From NCBI GenBank assembly GCA_964485575.1, contig CAZAJO010000002.1:23230-87229 (forward strand): a stretch of 64,000 nt of DNA, in the 5' to 3' direction. Each line of letters starts with the position of its first letter. The stretch's first letter is position 1. The notes beneath the pieces were generated by a model, which was not told the DNA's origin, did not search any database, and was given only the letters and a program-made list of their open reading frames with translations. Both the position numbers and the translations under genes were made by a program. The stretch is from an uncultured Gammaproteobacteria bacterium (GTDB lineage Bacteria > Patescibacteriota > Microgenomatia > Levybacterales > GWA1-39-11). Below are positions 18,283 through 26,484 of this stretch, one piece after another.

Positions 18283-19950
18283 TTATTTACTCGCGGCTTT
18301 GAGGAATTCGACAAAAAGAGGATGAGGACTCATTGGTCTACTTTTATATTCCGGGTGTCCCTGGGTCCCCATAAAGAATGGGTGCGTGCTTTTTGGAAGC
18401 TCAATAATCTCAACTAAGTTTTCGACAACAGAGCGGGCTGATATAACAAGCCCTGCTTTTTCAATCTCAGGTGCAAACTCATTATTGAACTCGTATCGGT
18501 GTCTATGTCTTTCAGATGTAAGACCGGTCTTTTCATTCTTCATGAGTTTTGCTTTTTTGTATATTTCAAAAGCCCGCGTCCCTTTTTTGACTATCGCATC
18601 CCAACTACCTAGCCTCATCGTACCCCCATATGCACGTCGAGCCATAAGCTCTTTTTGATTTTCGATCATGTGTATCACCGGGTGTTTTGATTTAGGGTCA
18701 TTTTCGGTAGTATTTGCGTCCTTCCACCCCAAAATGTGTCTAGCAAACCCAACGACTGCAAGTTGCATCCCGTAACAAAGCCCCAAATACGGAATCTTTT
18801 TGTCTAAAGCGTACTCAGCAGCTTGTATCATGCCTTCTGACCCTCTCTCTCCCCAACCAATCGGCACTATAATTCCATCAGGCTTTCCTATCGCAGACTC
18901 TGACCCTTCTTTTTCTACTTTTTCAGCATTTACCCAACGGGTTACCACCTCAACATTTGCTCCCCAGGAAGCATGCTCAATAGCATCAAGTAGTGCTGCG
19001 TATGAATCTCTCAACTGGTACTCCCCTGTCCCAAAATATTTTCCAACGATTGCAATCTCAATTGTTGAGGCTTTCGGCTTTTTTATGTTCTCAACCATTT
19101 TTTCCCATTGTGAAATAGCTGGTTTTTTTGCAGGAAGTCCTAATTTAAGAAAAATTCTTTTCTCAAGCCCTTGCTTGTGTAAAATCATTGGGATTTCATA
19201 AACAGTCTCAAGATCCGGATTTGAGATAATGTCCTCTGGGTGCATATTGCAAAAAAGCGCGAAGCGGTCACGTCTTCTCTGATCCAAATATCTTGTAGAT
19301 CGGGCGATAATAAAGTCAGGCTGAATCCCCATGGAATTTAAAGTTCTTACCGATAACTGGGTGGGTTTTGTCTTGGGTTCTCCCAAATGTTGAGGGGTTG
19401 GAACATAACTTACATGGACATGAACAACGTCTCCAGGATTTTTGAGCGTCATGATTCGGGAGGCTTCATAGTAAAAAATATTTTGATACTCACCTGCTGT
19501 TCCACCAAGTTCTATGACGACTATGTCAGCTTTACTTTCTTTTGCTACATGATTGATCCTCGCGATAATCTCATCTGTTATGTGGGGAATAGCCTCTACA
19601 TCCTCTCCGTTGTATTCAAATCGTCTTTCCCGATCTATAACTGTCTGATAAATTCTCCCCATCGTGACAAAATTATTTTTGCCCATATCCTCATTGAGGA
19701 ATTTTTCGTATGACCCGATATCCATGTCTGCTTCCGTTCCATCTTCACAAAGAAATGGATCCCCATGCTCTATCGGATTTATTGTTCCAGCATCCAAATT
19801 AAGATAGTTTTCAAATTTTATGGGAGCTATTTTGTACCCTGCTGATTTTAGAAGAAATGAGATTGAAGAAGCTGTGAGACCTTTTCCTATTCCGGATATT
19901 ACTCCTCCGGACACGAAAATAAATTTTGTTCTCTTTTTTGTGAGCGGCAC
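18283..19950 (-). CDS. pyrG: CTP synthase
   Basis: GGVISGIGKG, KTKPTQ, GLCYGMQ, ERHRHRYE and QGHPE motifs; GTG start with TTGACA-17-TAGTAT 5 nt upstream. Confidence 0.95.
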   Translation of the reverse strand: MPLTKKRTKFIFVSGGVISGIGKGLTASSISFLLKSAGYKIAPIKFENYLNLDAGTINPIEHGDPFLCEDGTEADMDIGSYEKFLNEDMGKNNFVTMGRIYQTVIDRERRFEYNGEDVEAIPHITDEIIARINHVAKESKADIVVIELGGTAGEYQNIFYYEASRIMTLKNPGDVVHVHVSYVPTPQHLGEPKTKPTQLSVRTLNSMGIQPDFIIARSTRYLDQRRRDRFALFCNMHPEDIISNPDLETVYEIPMILHKQGLEKRIFLKLGLPAKKPAISQWEKMVENIKKPKASTIEIAIVGKYFGTGEYQLRDSYAALLDAIEHASWGANVEVVTRWVNAEKVEKEGSESAIGKPDGIIVPIGWGERGSEGMIQAAEYALDKKIPYLGLCYGMQLAVVGFARHILGWKDANTTENDPKSKHPVIHMIENQKELMARRAYGGTMRLGSWDAIVKKGTRAFEIYKKAKLMKNEKTGLTSERHRHRYEFNNEFAPEIEKAGLVISARSVVENLVEIIELPKSTHPFFMGTQGHPEYKSRPMSPHPLFVEFLKAASK

Positions 19951-20002
19951 GATTTATACTATCAAATCGGGAAAATCGTGTCAACAGGAAGTTTTATTTC
20001 CT

Positions 20003-20356
20003 CTATTTAGCGGCTTCTGATTGCTCATTTGCGGACAACTCAATCATCTTTAACTTGTCTCGCTTCTCGTTAGTTTTATTCCATTCTTCAACCAGCTTGT
20101 TGTTCTTGGTGATAAGTCCGTCGGCGCTAATTCCGGCTGATGTTTCTTGATTTTCTTTAAAAACAACTTTTTGTGTATCTATCCTTCCGGCTTTAAATAA
20201 GAAAAATGCACCGGCACCTCCAAGGATAACTGAGGGGATCAGTAAAAGCGCGCTTCGCGTTCCATCATTTGCCCCCTGAAAATAAAAGAAAGCAACACCA
20301 ATACCACATATAAAAAGAGAAAATCCTACGAATGTAAATAGTATAACTTTCTTCAC
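20003..20356 (-). CDS. two-TM hypothetical protein (paralog of 20396-20713)
   Basis: Two N-terminal TM helices, then FLFKAGR...RDKLK. Confidence 0.65.
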   Translation of the reverse strand: MKKVILFTFVGFSLFICGIGVAFFYFQGANDGTRSALLLIPSVILGGAGAFFLFKAGRIDTQKVVFKENQETSAGISADGLITKNNKLVEEWNKTNEKRDKLKMIELSANEQSEAAK

Positions 20357-20395
20357 AGTTGTTAAAGAATAGTAAAAATTGAGAGTCTTTGCAAT

Positions 20396-20713
20396 CTATG
20401 TCTCGATGTGTTTTATGGCTTTTAGCTTGTCACGCATCCTTGAATGCTTTTCGAAAGAACTGATAATGTCTTTGTGCCGTGAAAGAAGAGTCTCTCCATT
20501 GTTACTATTTGTAGGCTCTGAGAGAATAGTTCTAGTGTGATCTTGTCTTCCGGACCTGAAAAGAAGAACGACACCCATAACTAAAAGAATAAGAGCGATA
20601 ACAACTGAGATGACGGATAAATGTACTGGATCAGCCAGATTTATGTACAACAAGTAAAAACCAAAAATGGCAATTGTAAAGCTTAGGATGGTCTCAGAAA
20701 CCCTTCTTCTCAT
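20396..20713 (-). CDS. two-TM hypothetical protein (paralog of 20003-20356)
   Basis: Two N-terminal TM helices, then LLFRSGR...RDKLK. Confidence 0.65.
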   Translation of the reverse strand: MRRRVSETILSFTIAIFGFYLLYINLADPVHLSVISVVIALILLVMGVVLLFRSGRQDHTRTILSEPTNSNNGETLLSRHKDIISSFEKHSRMRDKLKAIKHIET

Positions 20714-20714
20714 G

Positions 20715-20785
20715 AGCGGGGTACCAGAATCGAACTGGCTTCTCTACCTTGGGAAGGTAGCATACTACCGGTATACTAACCCCGC
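20715..20785 (-). tRNA. tRNA-Gly(CCC)
   Basis: GCGGGGT/ACCCCGC acceptor stem with U73, CTACC-TTCCCAA-GGTAG anticodon arm, GCCAG-TTCGATT-CTGGT T-arm. Confidence 0.95.
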
Positions 20786-20840
20786 TTGTGCAAAAGTTTG
20801 TATAGCGGCAAGCTTTGGCTTACCGGTATACTAACCCCGC
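20786..20840 (-). repeat. tRNA-Gly leader: exact 20-nt copy of the tRNA 5' end plus an antisense copy
   Basis: taccggtatactaaccccgc at 20766-20785 and 20821-20840; antisense segment at 20790-20810; TG-n-TATACT at 20854-20862. Confidence 0.85.
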
Positions 20841-20919
20841 GAACACAAGATATAGTATATCAAATAGCTTTTTGTAACTACTCTCGAAGAGAGCAACGTT
20901 CTTGCTGGAAGCAAGGTTG

Positions 20920-21546
20920 TTACGGTCTTGGAAGATTTAATACATTGCCTGAAAATATAAGTCCTGGATTTTCCAACTTATTCGTATTTGCAATGTCTGT
21001 CCATCTATACCCATCTCCATATGCTCTGACAGCGATATCCCAAAGATTATCATCCCTAACAACAGTGTAAGTTGCTCCAGTTATACTTGTGGCTCCAACA
21101 GGTGCTGCACCAGTTGTTGGTGGTGCCATAGTCTGTTGAGTCGACTCTTGCTGCATTACTACAGTTTTGTCGACAGTTGGAATAATAAGTTTGGTCCCGC
21201 TAGACAGCGCTTCTGGGCTTGTTATGTTATTTGCTTCCGCAATAAGGTGCCATTTAAATCCGTCGTTGTAGGATTTTTCTGCGATACTCCATAACGTTTC
21301 GCCTTCTTGTACCGTGTAACTGTTGTCATTGATTTTCTGAACTGTATTTTGTGTCATTGCTGCCTCATCATCAATTTGAGCTCTATTTTGCGAAAGAGAT
21401 TTGATGCCAAGCGCAATCACGACAAAAAGTACTACGACGGTGACGATCCCGTAAATCAAACTCTTGTAAGAATCTGATCCCTTCATAAGCGTTGTGACAC
21501 TAAATGATTCGTCTAATATTGATTGTTTTGTTTTCTTTGTAAGCAT
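20920..21546 (-). CDS. membrane-anchored protein with two LysM domains
   Basis: TM helix, then YTVQEGETLWSIA...W..IAEAN and YTVVRDDNLWDIA...W..IANTN; start trimmed to ATG 21546. Confidence 0.88.
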   Translation of the reverse strand: MLTKKTKQSILDESFSVTTLMKGSDSYKSLIYGIVTVVVLFVVIALGIKSLSQNRAQIDDEAAMTQNTVQKINDNSYTVQEGETLWSIAEKSYNDGFKWHLIAEANNITSPEALSSGTKLIIPTVDKTVVMQQESTQQTMAPPTTGAAPVGATSITGATYTVVRDDNLWDIAVRAYGDGYRWTDIANTNKLENPGLIFSGNVLNLPRP

Positions 21547-21616
21547 ACTATTACTCCTCTCTGGGCAAGAATGTGGCAGTGGACAGCGGGCATTGTGGCA
21601 GTGGCAGGTACTTTTG

Positions 21617-21690
21617 CGGGGTGAACGGGACTCAAACCCGCGACCTCTTCCGTGACAGGGAAGCGCTCTAATCAACTGAGCTACCACCCC
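21617..21690 (-). tRNA. tRNA-Asp(GUC)
   Basis: GGGGTGG/TCACCCC acceptor stem with G73, CTTCC-CTGTCAC-GGAAG anticodon arm, GCGGG-TTTGAGT-CCCGT T-arm. Confidence 0.93.
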
Positions 21691-21769
21691 AAGAGTTGCA
21701 CTCTTGGGGTGGAGGAAGGATCTAAAAGATCCTGACTACCACCCTTGGGTGGCCCTTCCGAACTACCCT
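21691..21769 (-). repeat. tRNA-Asp leader: alternating sense and antisense copies of the tRNA 5' end
   Basis: Perfect 12-bp inverted repeat ccaccccaagag/ctcttggggtgg (21684-21712); ctaccaccc repeated at 21736-21744; further gggtggccc and gaactaccc copies. Confidence 0.8.
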
Positions 21770-21794
21770 GAGACTAACAACTTCTGGTTCAGTT

Positions 21795-21824
21795 ATTCTA
21801 CCATCCTCCTCACCGTCCAGTCAA
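21795..21824 (-). promoter_or_regulatory. putative sigma70 promoter for tRNA-Asp
   Basis: TTGACT-18-TAGAAT with extended TG. Confidence 0.6.
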
Positions 21825-21860
21825 TAGCCTCAAAATCATTTTGTATGATATTATATTTTT

Positions 21861-23630
21861 ATGAAATCGTTTACGAATGAAGAGATTGCTAGACTCTTAA
21901 GGCAAGTCGCAGCTTCATATACAATTCAAAATGAGGCCAAATATAGATTTCAAATACTTGCATACCAAAAGGCTGCCGATTCTATTGAAACCGCTAGCAC
22001 AGAAATAAAAGACCTACTACAAGACAATGCATTAGACAAACTTGACGGTGTCGGAACAAGCATAAAAGGACATATCACAGAACTGTTTGAGAAAGGACAC
22101 GTTGAATACTTCGATTCCATTCTTGAGGGTGTTTCTCCTGCTGTATTCCCTCTTCTTGATATACCTTCTTTTGGACCCAAGAAGGCATATAAGATAGTTT
22201 CTGCATTTAGTCTGGATGATCCAAAAACAGTAATTACAGACGTATACAATTTAGCCAAAGAAGGTAAGATTGCACCTCTTGATAGCTTTGGTGACAAATC
22301 CCAAAGTGACATAATCCGTGCTATTGATGAATACAGATTAGGTAAAACTAAATCCTCAAGGATGATATTGGCTATGGCCATGGAGATTTCGGATACTATG
22401 CTTTCCTACCTCAAAAAAGACAAGAATGTCTTGGAAGCATACACGCTTGGCAGCCTCAGACGCATGAAGTCGACGACCGGAGACATCGATATTGCAGTCA
22501 GCTCAAACAACCCGAATGCAGTTCTGGACCATTTCAATGCATATCCATATAAAGACAGGATAATTGAACGTGGGGATATCACTTCTTCCATAATACTTTC
22601 GGGAAACAAGCAGATTGACCTTATGGTACTAAAGCCAGAGATGATGGGTTCTTTACTTCAACATTTCAGTGGAAGCAAAGAACATAACGTTCACCTTCGA
22701 GAATATGCCCTCAAAAAAGGCTATTCACTATCCGAGAAAGGCATAAAAATGAAGGATGGAACACTTAAGACTTTTGATAATGAAGAGAAATTTTACAATT
22801 TTCTTGGCTTAGACTTTGTGCCACCGGAACTTCGGGAGAACCAAGGGGAGATCGAAGCAGCAATAAAACACACTTTACCAAAACTAATAGAGCTAGACGA
22901 CATCAAGGGAGATTTTCATATACATTCGGATTATCCTATTGAGCCGAGTCATGATCTTGGCAAAAACTCAATGCAGGAAATGATAGATAGAGCTATTCAA
23001 TTGAAATACGAGTATCTAGGATTTTCAGAACACAATCCAAGTGTAGGTAACCATTCAAATGAACAAATTTTTTCTATACTTAAAAAAAGGTGGGAAAAAA
23101 TTGAACAACTTAAAGAGAGTAACAAAAGTATACATATAATTAATTTACTCGAAGTCGACATTTTAGCTAATGGGAAGCTTGCGCTTGATGATAAGGCTTT
23201 GGATCTGACAGACATGGTAATAGTGTCTATCCATAGCTCTTTTAGAACGCCAAAAAAAGAGATGACCAAAAGAATTCTGTCAGGATTGTCACATAAAAAA
23301 GCTAAAATCTTTGCCCATCCATCAGGACGACTCATCAATTCCAGAGACCCATATGAAGTGGACTGGAAAGAGTTATTCTCGTTTGTAAAGGAGAACAACA
23401 AAGCACTTGAGATCAACTCTTGGCCTACAAGGCTTGATCTGTCAGATACGCTTGTCAAAGAAGCAAAGGATATGGGAATACGCTTTGTAATTAACACAGA
23501 TAGTCATGCTACAGAACACATGGATAATATGCCATATGGAGTTGCTGTCGCCAGACGTGGATGGTGCGAAAAGAAAGATATCATAAATACACTTCCCTAC
23601 AAAGAACTTGCTGATTGGATCGCAAGTTAA
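21861..23630 (+). CDS. polX: DNA polymerase X family with PHP 3'-5' exonuclease domain
   Basis: GSLRR...[17 protein letters not shown] and PPELRE; PHP HIHSD...SEH...HPSGR...NTDSH. Confidence 0.92.
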   Translation: MKSFTNEEIARLLRQVAASYTIQNEAKYRFQILAYQKAADSIETASTEIKDLLQDNALDKLDGVGTSIKGHITELFEKGHVEYFDSILEGVSPAVFPLLDIPSFGPKKAYKIVSAFSLDDPKTVITDVYNLAKEGKIAPLDSFGDKSQSDIIRAIDEYRLGKTKSSRMILAMAMEISDTMLSYLKKDKNVLEAYTLGSLRRMKSTTGDIDIAVSSNNPNAVLDHFNAYPYKDRIIERGDITSSIILSGNKQIDLMVLKPEMMGSLLQHFSGSKEHNVHLREYALKKGYSLSEKGIKMKDGTLKTFDNEEKFYNFLGLDFVPPELRENQGEIEAAIKHTLPKLIELDDIKGDFHIHSDYPIEPSHDLGKNSMQEMIDRAIQLKYEYLGFSEHNPSVGNHSNEQIFSILKKRWEKIEQLKESNKSIHIINLLEVDILANGKLALDDKALDLTDMVIVSIHSSFRTPKKEMTKRILSGLSHKKAKIFAHPSGRLINSRDPYEVDWKELFSFVKENNKALEINSWPTRLDLSDTLVKEAKDMGIRFVINTDSHATEHMDNMPYGVAVARRGWCEKKDIINTLPYKELADWIAS

Positions 23631-23686
23631 TACTACGGTTTATTTATTTTGATTTAAACAATGACTTGTGTCATAATATGGTTAGT

Positions 23687-24241
23687 ATGAATCTAATAAT
23701 CGGAATCGTCATATTTTTTATCGTTGCCATCGTCGCTTACGTTTGGCTTTCTTACAATTCGCTAGTCACTCTCAATGAAAGAATAAAGGAGGCTATCAGC
23801 GGAATTGATGTACAACTCAAAAGAAGAACTGATCTTATTCCAAATCTTGTAGAAACCGTAAAAGGTTATGCAAAGCATGAGAAAGAGGTTTTCGAAAATG
23901 TTACCAAGGCAAGGTCTGCTATGATGAAGGCTGAAGGTCCTCAGGAAAAGGGCAAAGCTTCCGACATGTTAACCGGAGCTCTAAAGAGTCTTTTTGCAGT
24001 TGCAGAAGCTTATCCAAATCTTCAGGCTAGTGAAAATTTCAAAGAACTTCAAGATGAACTATCAGACACTGAGAACAAGATCTCATACTCAAGACAATTC
24101 TATAATTCTAATGTTTTGGCATACAACACGAAAATAAAGATGTTCCCTTCTTCTCTTATTGCCCGCCAATTCGGGTTTTCTGAAAAAGAATTCTTCGAAT
24201 CAGAAGAATCAGACAAAAAACCGGTTAAGGTGACCTTCTAA
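23687..24241 (+). CDS. lemA: LemA family protein
   Basis: YNSLV...[43 protein letters not shown]. Confidence 0.92.
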   Translation: MNLIIGIVIFFIVAIVAYVWLSYNSLVTLNERIKEAISGIDVQLKRRTDLIPNLVETVKGYAKHEKEVFENVTKARSAMMKAEGPQEKGKASDMLTGALKSLFAVAEAYPNLQASENFKELQDELSDTENKISYSRQFYNSNVLAYNTKIKMFPSSLIARQFGFSEKEFFESEESDKKPVKVTF

Positions 24242-24250
24242 CACCTCAAG

Positions 24251-24275
24251 GTCATCCCGTTCTGTGCGGGATCCA
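24251..24275. repeat. REP-like palindrome between lemA and htpX
   Basis: GTCATCCCGT-tctgt-GCGGGATCCA hairpin. Confidence 0.5.
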
Positions 24276-24281
24276 TAACAC

Positions 24282-25181
24282 ATGACAATTTATTCAACAA
24301 TTGGTTCTAACAAAAGAAAAACGTGGTTTCTGATTATTTTTTTCATGATATTTTTCTTTCTCGTTTCTTATGTCTTGGGTAGAGCACTGGGATACGGATC
24401 TTCCCTTGCAGGAATCATGCTTATTATCTCAGGAATCATGTCTTTTGCCTCTTACTACTATTCAGACAAGATCGTTCTTTCTATGTCAGGGGCACAACCA
24501 GCTGATGAAAAAAAACATAGAGATCTGATAGAAAGCGTTGAGAATCTTTCCATTGCCTCAGGTCTACCAAAACCAAGGGTTTATGTTGTAAACGACCCAG
24601 CACCGAATGCTTTTGCAACAGGGCGGGACCCTCACCATGCAGCGGTTGTTGCTACAACCGGAATCCTAGAAAAGTTGTCCAAATCAGAGCTTGAGGGAGT
24701 TATCGGACATGAACTATCCCATGTTAAGAATTACGATACCAGACTTATGGGGGTTGTCAGTATATTGGCTGGATCAATTGTCATCCTTTCCGATTTTTTT
24801 ATGAGAAGTCTTTGGTGGGGTGGACGTGACCGAGACCGCAACAGTTCAAGTGGAATTTTTCTCATTATTGGTCTTGCCGCTGCTATCCTTGCCCCAATTG
24901 GTGCAACGCTTATACAGCTAGCGATATCTAGAAGGCGCGAATATTTGGCCGATGCTGATGGAGCACTTCTCACGCGTTACCCGGAAGGGCTTGCTCGTGC
25001 ACTTGAAAAGATATCTACCGACAGAAATGTGTTAAAACACGCATCTAATGCAACAGCACATTTGTATATTGAGAATCCCTTCAAAGCCGATTCTAAAAGG
25101 AAATCCAATTCTTTTCTTACTGGACTCTTCTCCACACATCCCCCGATTGAAGAGAGAGTCAAGTTACTGCGGAATATGTAG
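24282..25181 (+). CDS. htpX: zinc metalloprotease HtpX (M48)
   Basis: PNAFATGR, HELSH (HEXXH), SRRREYLAD and FSTHPP. Confidence 0.93.
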   Translation: MTIYSTIGSNKRKTWFLIIFFMIFFFLVSYVLGRALGYGSSLAGIMLIISGIMSFASYYYSDKIVLSMSGAQPADEKKHRDLIESVENLSIASGLPKPRVYVVNDPAPNAFATGRDPHHAAVVATTGILEKLSKSELEGVIGHELSHVKNYDTRLMGVVSILAGSIVILSDFFMRSLWWGGRDRDRNSSSGIFLIIGLAAAILAPIGATLIQLAISRRREYLADADGALLTRYPEGLARALEKISTDRNVLKHASNATAHLYIENPFKADSKRKSNSFLTGLFSTHPPIEERVKLLRNM

Positions 25182-25203
25182 CTACTCCTGGTATAATTAA
25201 CTC

Positions 25204-26484
25204 ATGCGTCACTCACTTCTCGCGGGAAAGGTAGTTGCTAAAGTGTCCAAAATGCAAGGTAGATCCGGGTCTACATGGCCGGGTCACGTAGCTTTAAAGA
25301 CAGATAAAGCCTTTATCAGAAAAGTAATTTCCAAAAACCCAGATCTTAAAGTCATTCTCGTAGCAGGGACAAATGGCAAGACAACGACTACAAAGGCTCT
25401 TTGTCATATATTGCAGACGAATGATATTTCAGTCATTACTAACAATGCAGGTGCAAATCTCCTCAATGGTCTTGCCTCTACTCTTGTTCTAAAATCCGAT
25501 CTGACAGGAAAAATAAAAGAAAAGGTATTAATTTTTGAAGTAGATGAAAACTCATTGCCCCTCGTTCTCTCTGAAATACCTAATCCATCAGCCATAATTT
25601 TACTAAATCTTTTCAGAGATCAATTAGATAGATATGGGGAAGTAAATGCAACTTCCGAGAAATGGACCACCTCCATAAAAAAACTTTCTGAAAAAACGCT
25701 CGTTGTCGCAAACTCAGACGACCCACAAATTGCACATGTTGCAAGCTTTGCAAAAAACAAAGCTTATTTTACCATCGACAATACCTTTAAAAAGGGGACA
25801 TTACTTTCCCATGCGGTTGATTCAACAACCTGTCCTGTTTGTAACCACTCCCTAACCTACTCTGGTATCTCTTATTCTCATTTGGGTAACTACAAATGCA
25901 GCAATTGTCAATTCTCAAATCCAAAAGCAAAATACTATTCTTTCAAAACAAATCTTATGGGATCGTACAACATATATAACCTAACATCTGTCATTCTTAC
26001 AATAGACAAAATATTTGGGATACTACCCTTCACTTCAATAGAATCATTAATATCGTTCAAGGCGGCATTTGGCAGACAAGAAATTATTGAAGTTGAAGGA
26101 AAACGAGTAATGTTATTACTCTCCAAAAACCCTACCGGATTTAATGAAAGCCTAAAAGTAGCTATTGAGAACAAAAGTAGTACACTTCTTATTTTGCTGA
26201 ACGATAGGATCCCAGATGGACGGGATATTTCATGGATATGGGATGTAGATTTTGAGATGCTGACTGAAAAAGAAATAACGGTAATTGTTTCTGGAGACCG
26301 CTCATATGATATGGCAAATAGACTTTTGTTTGCGAATGTCACCCATGAAGTATTTGAAAACTTTGAGACGGCTTACGAAGAAAGCTTGAAACAAACACCC
26401 ATTGGCAAAATACTTACAATTTTACCAACTTACTCTGCCATGCTTGAAGTCAGAAAACTAATCAGTGGAAAGGCAATCTTATGA
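25204..26484 (+). CDS. murT: lipid II isoglutaminyl synthase subunit MurT (Mur ligase family, DUF1727)
   Basis: GTNGKTTT, EVDE, NLFRDQLDRYGE, CPVC/CSNC zinc finger, DGRDISWIWDVDFE, LPTYSAML. Confidence 0.88.
   Translation: MRHSLLAGKVVAKVSKMQGRSGSTWPGHVALKTDKAFIRKVISKNPDLKVILVAGTNGKTTTTKALCHILQTNDISVITNNAGANLLNGLASTLVLKSDLTGKIKEKVLIFEVDENSLPLVLSEIPNPSAIILLNLFRDQLDRYGEVNATSEKWTTSIKKLSEKTLVVANSDDPQIAHVASFAKNKAYFTIDNTFKKGTLLSHAVDSTTCPVCNHSLTYSGISYSHLGNYKCSNCQFSNPKAKYYSFKTNLMGSYNIYNLTSVILTIDKIFGILPFTSIESLISFKAAFGRQEIIEVEGKRVMLLLSKNPTGFNESLKVAIENKSSTLLILLNDRIPDGRDISWIWDVDFEMLTEKEITVIVSGDRSYDMANRLLFANVTHEVFENFETAYEESLKQTPIGKILTILPTYSAMLEVRKLISGKAIL

Noticed and set aside
8905-20840. tRNA duplications read as attL/attR of an integrated prophage or island
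   Set aside because: The copies are 5' ends only 55-60 nt from the gene, there is no integrase in the window, and no tRNA 3'-end repeat was seen downstream.
21547-21687. N-terminal extension of the LysM ORF (MVAQLIRALPCHGRGRGFESRSPR)
   Set aside because: This is a translation of tRNA-Asp; the real start is probably ATG 21546. The same artefact affects the ORF starts at 8881 and 9997.
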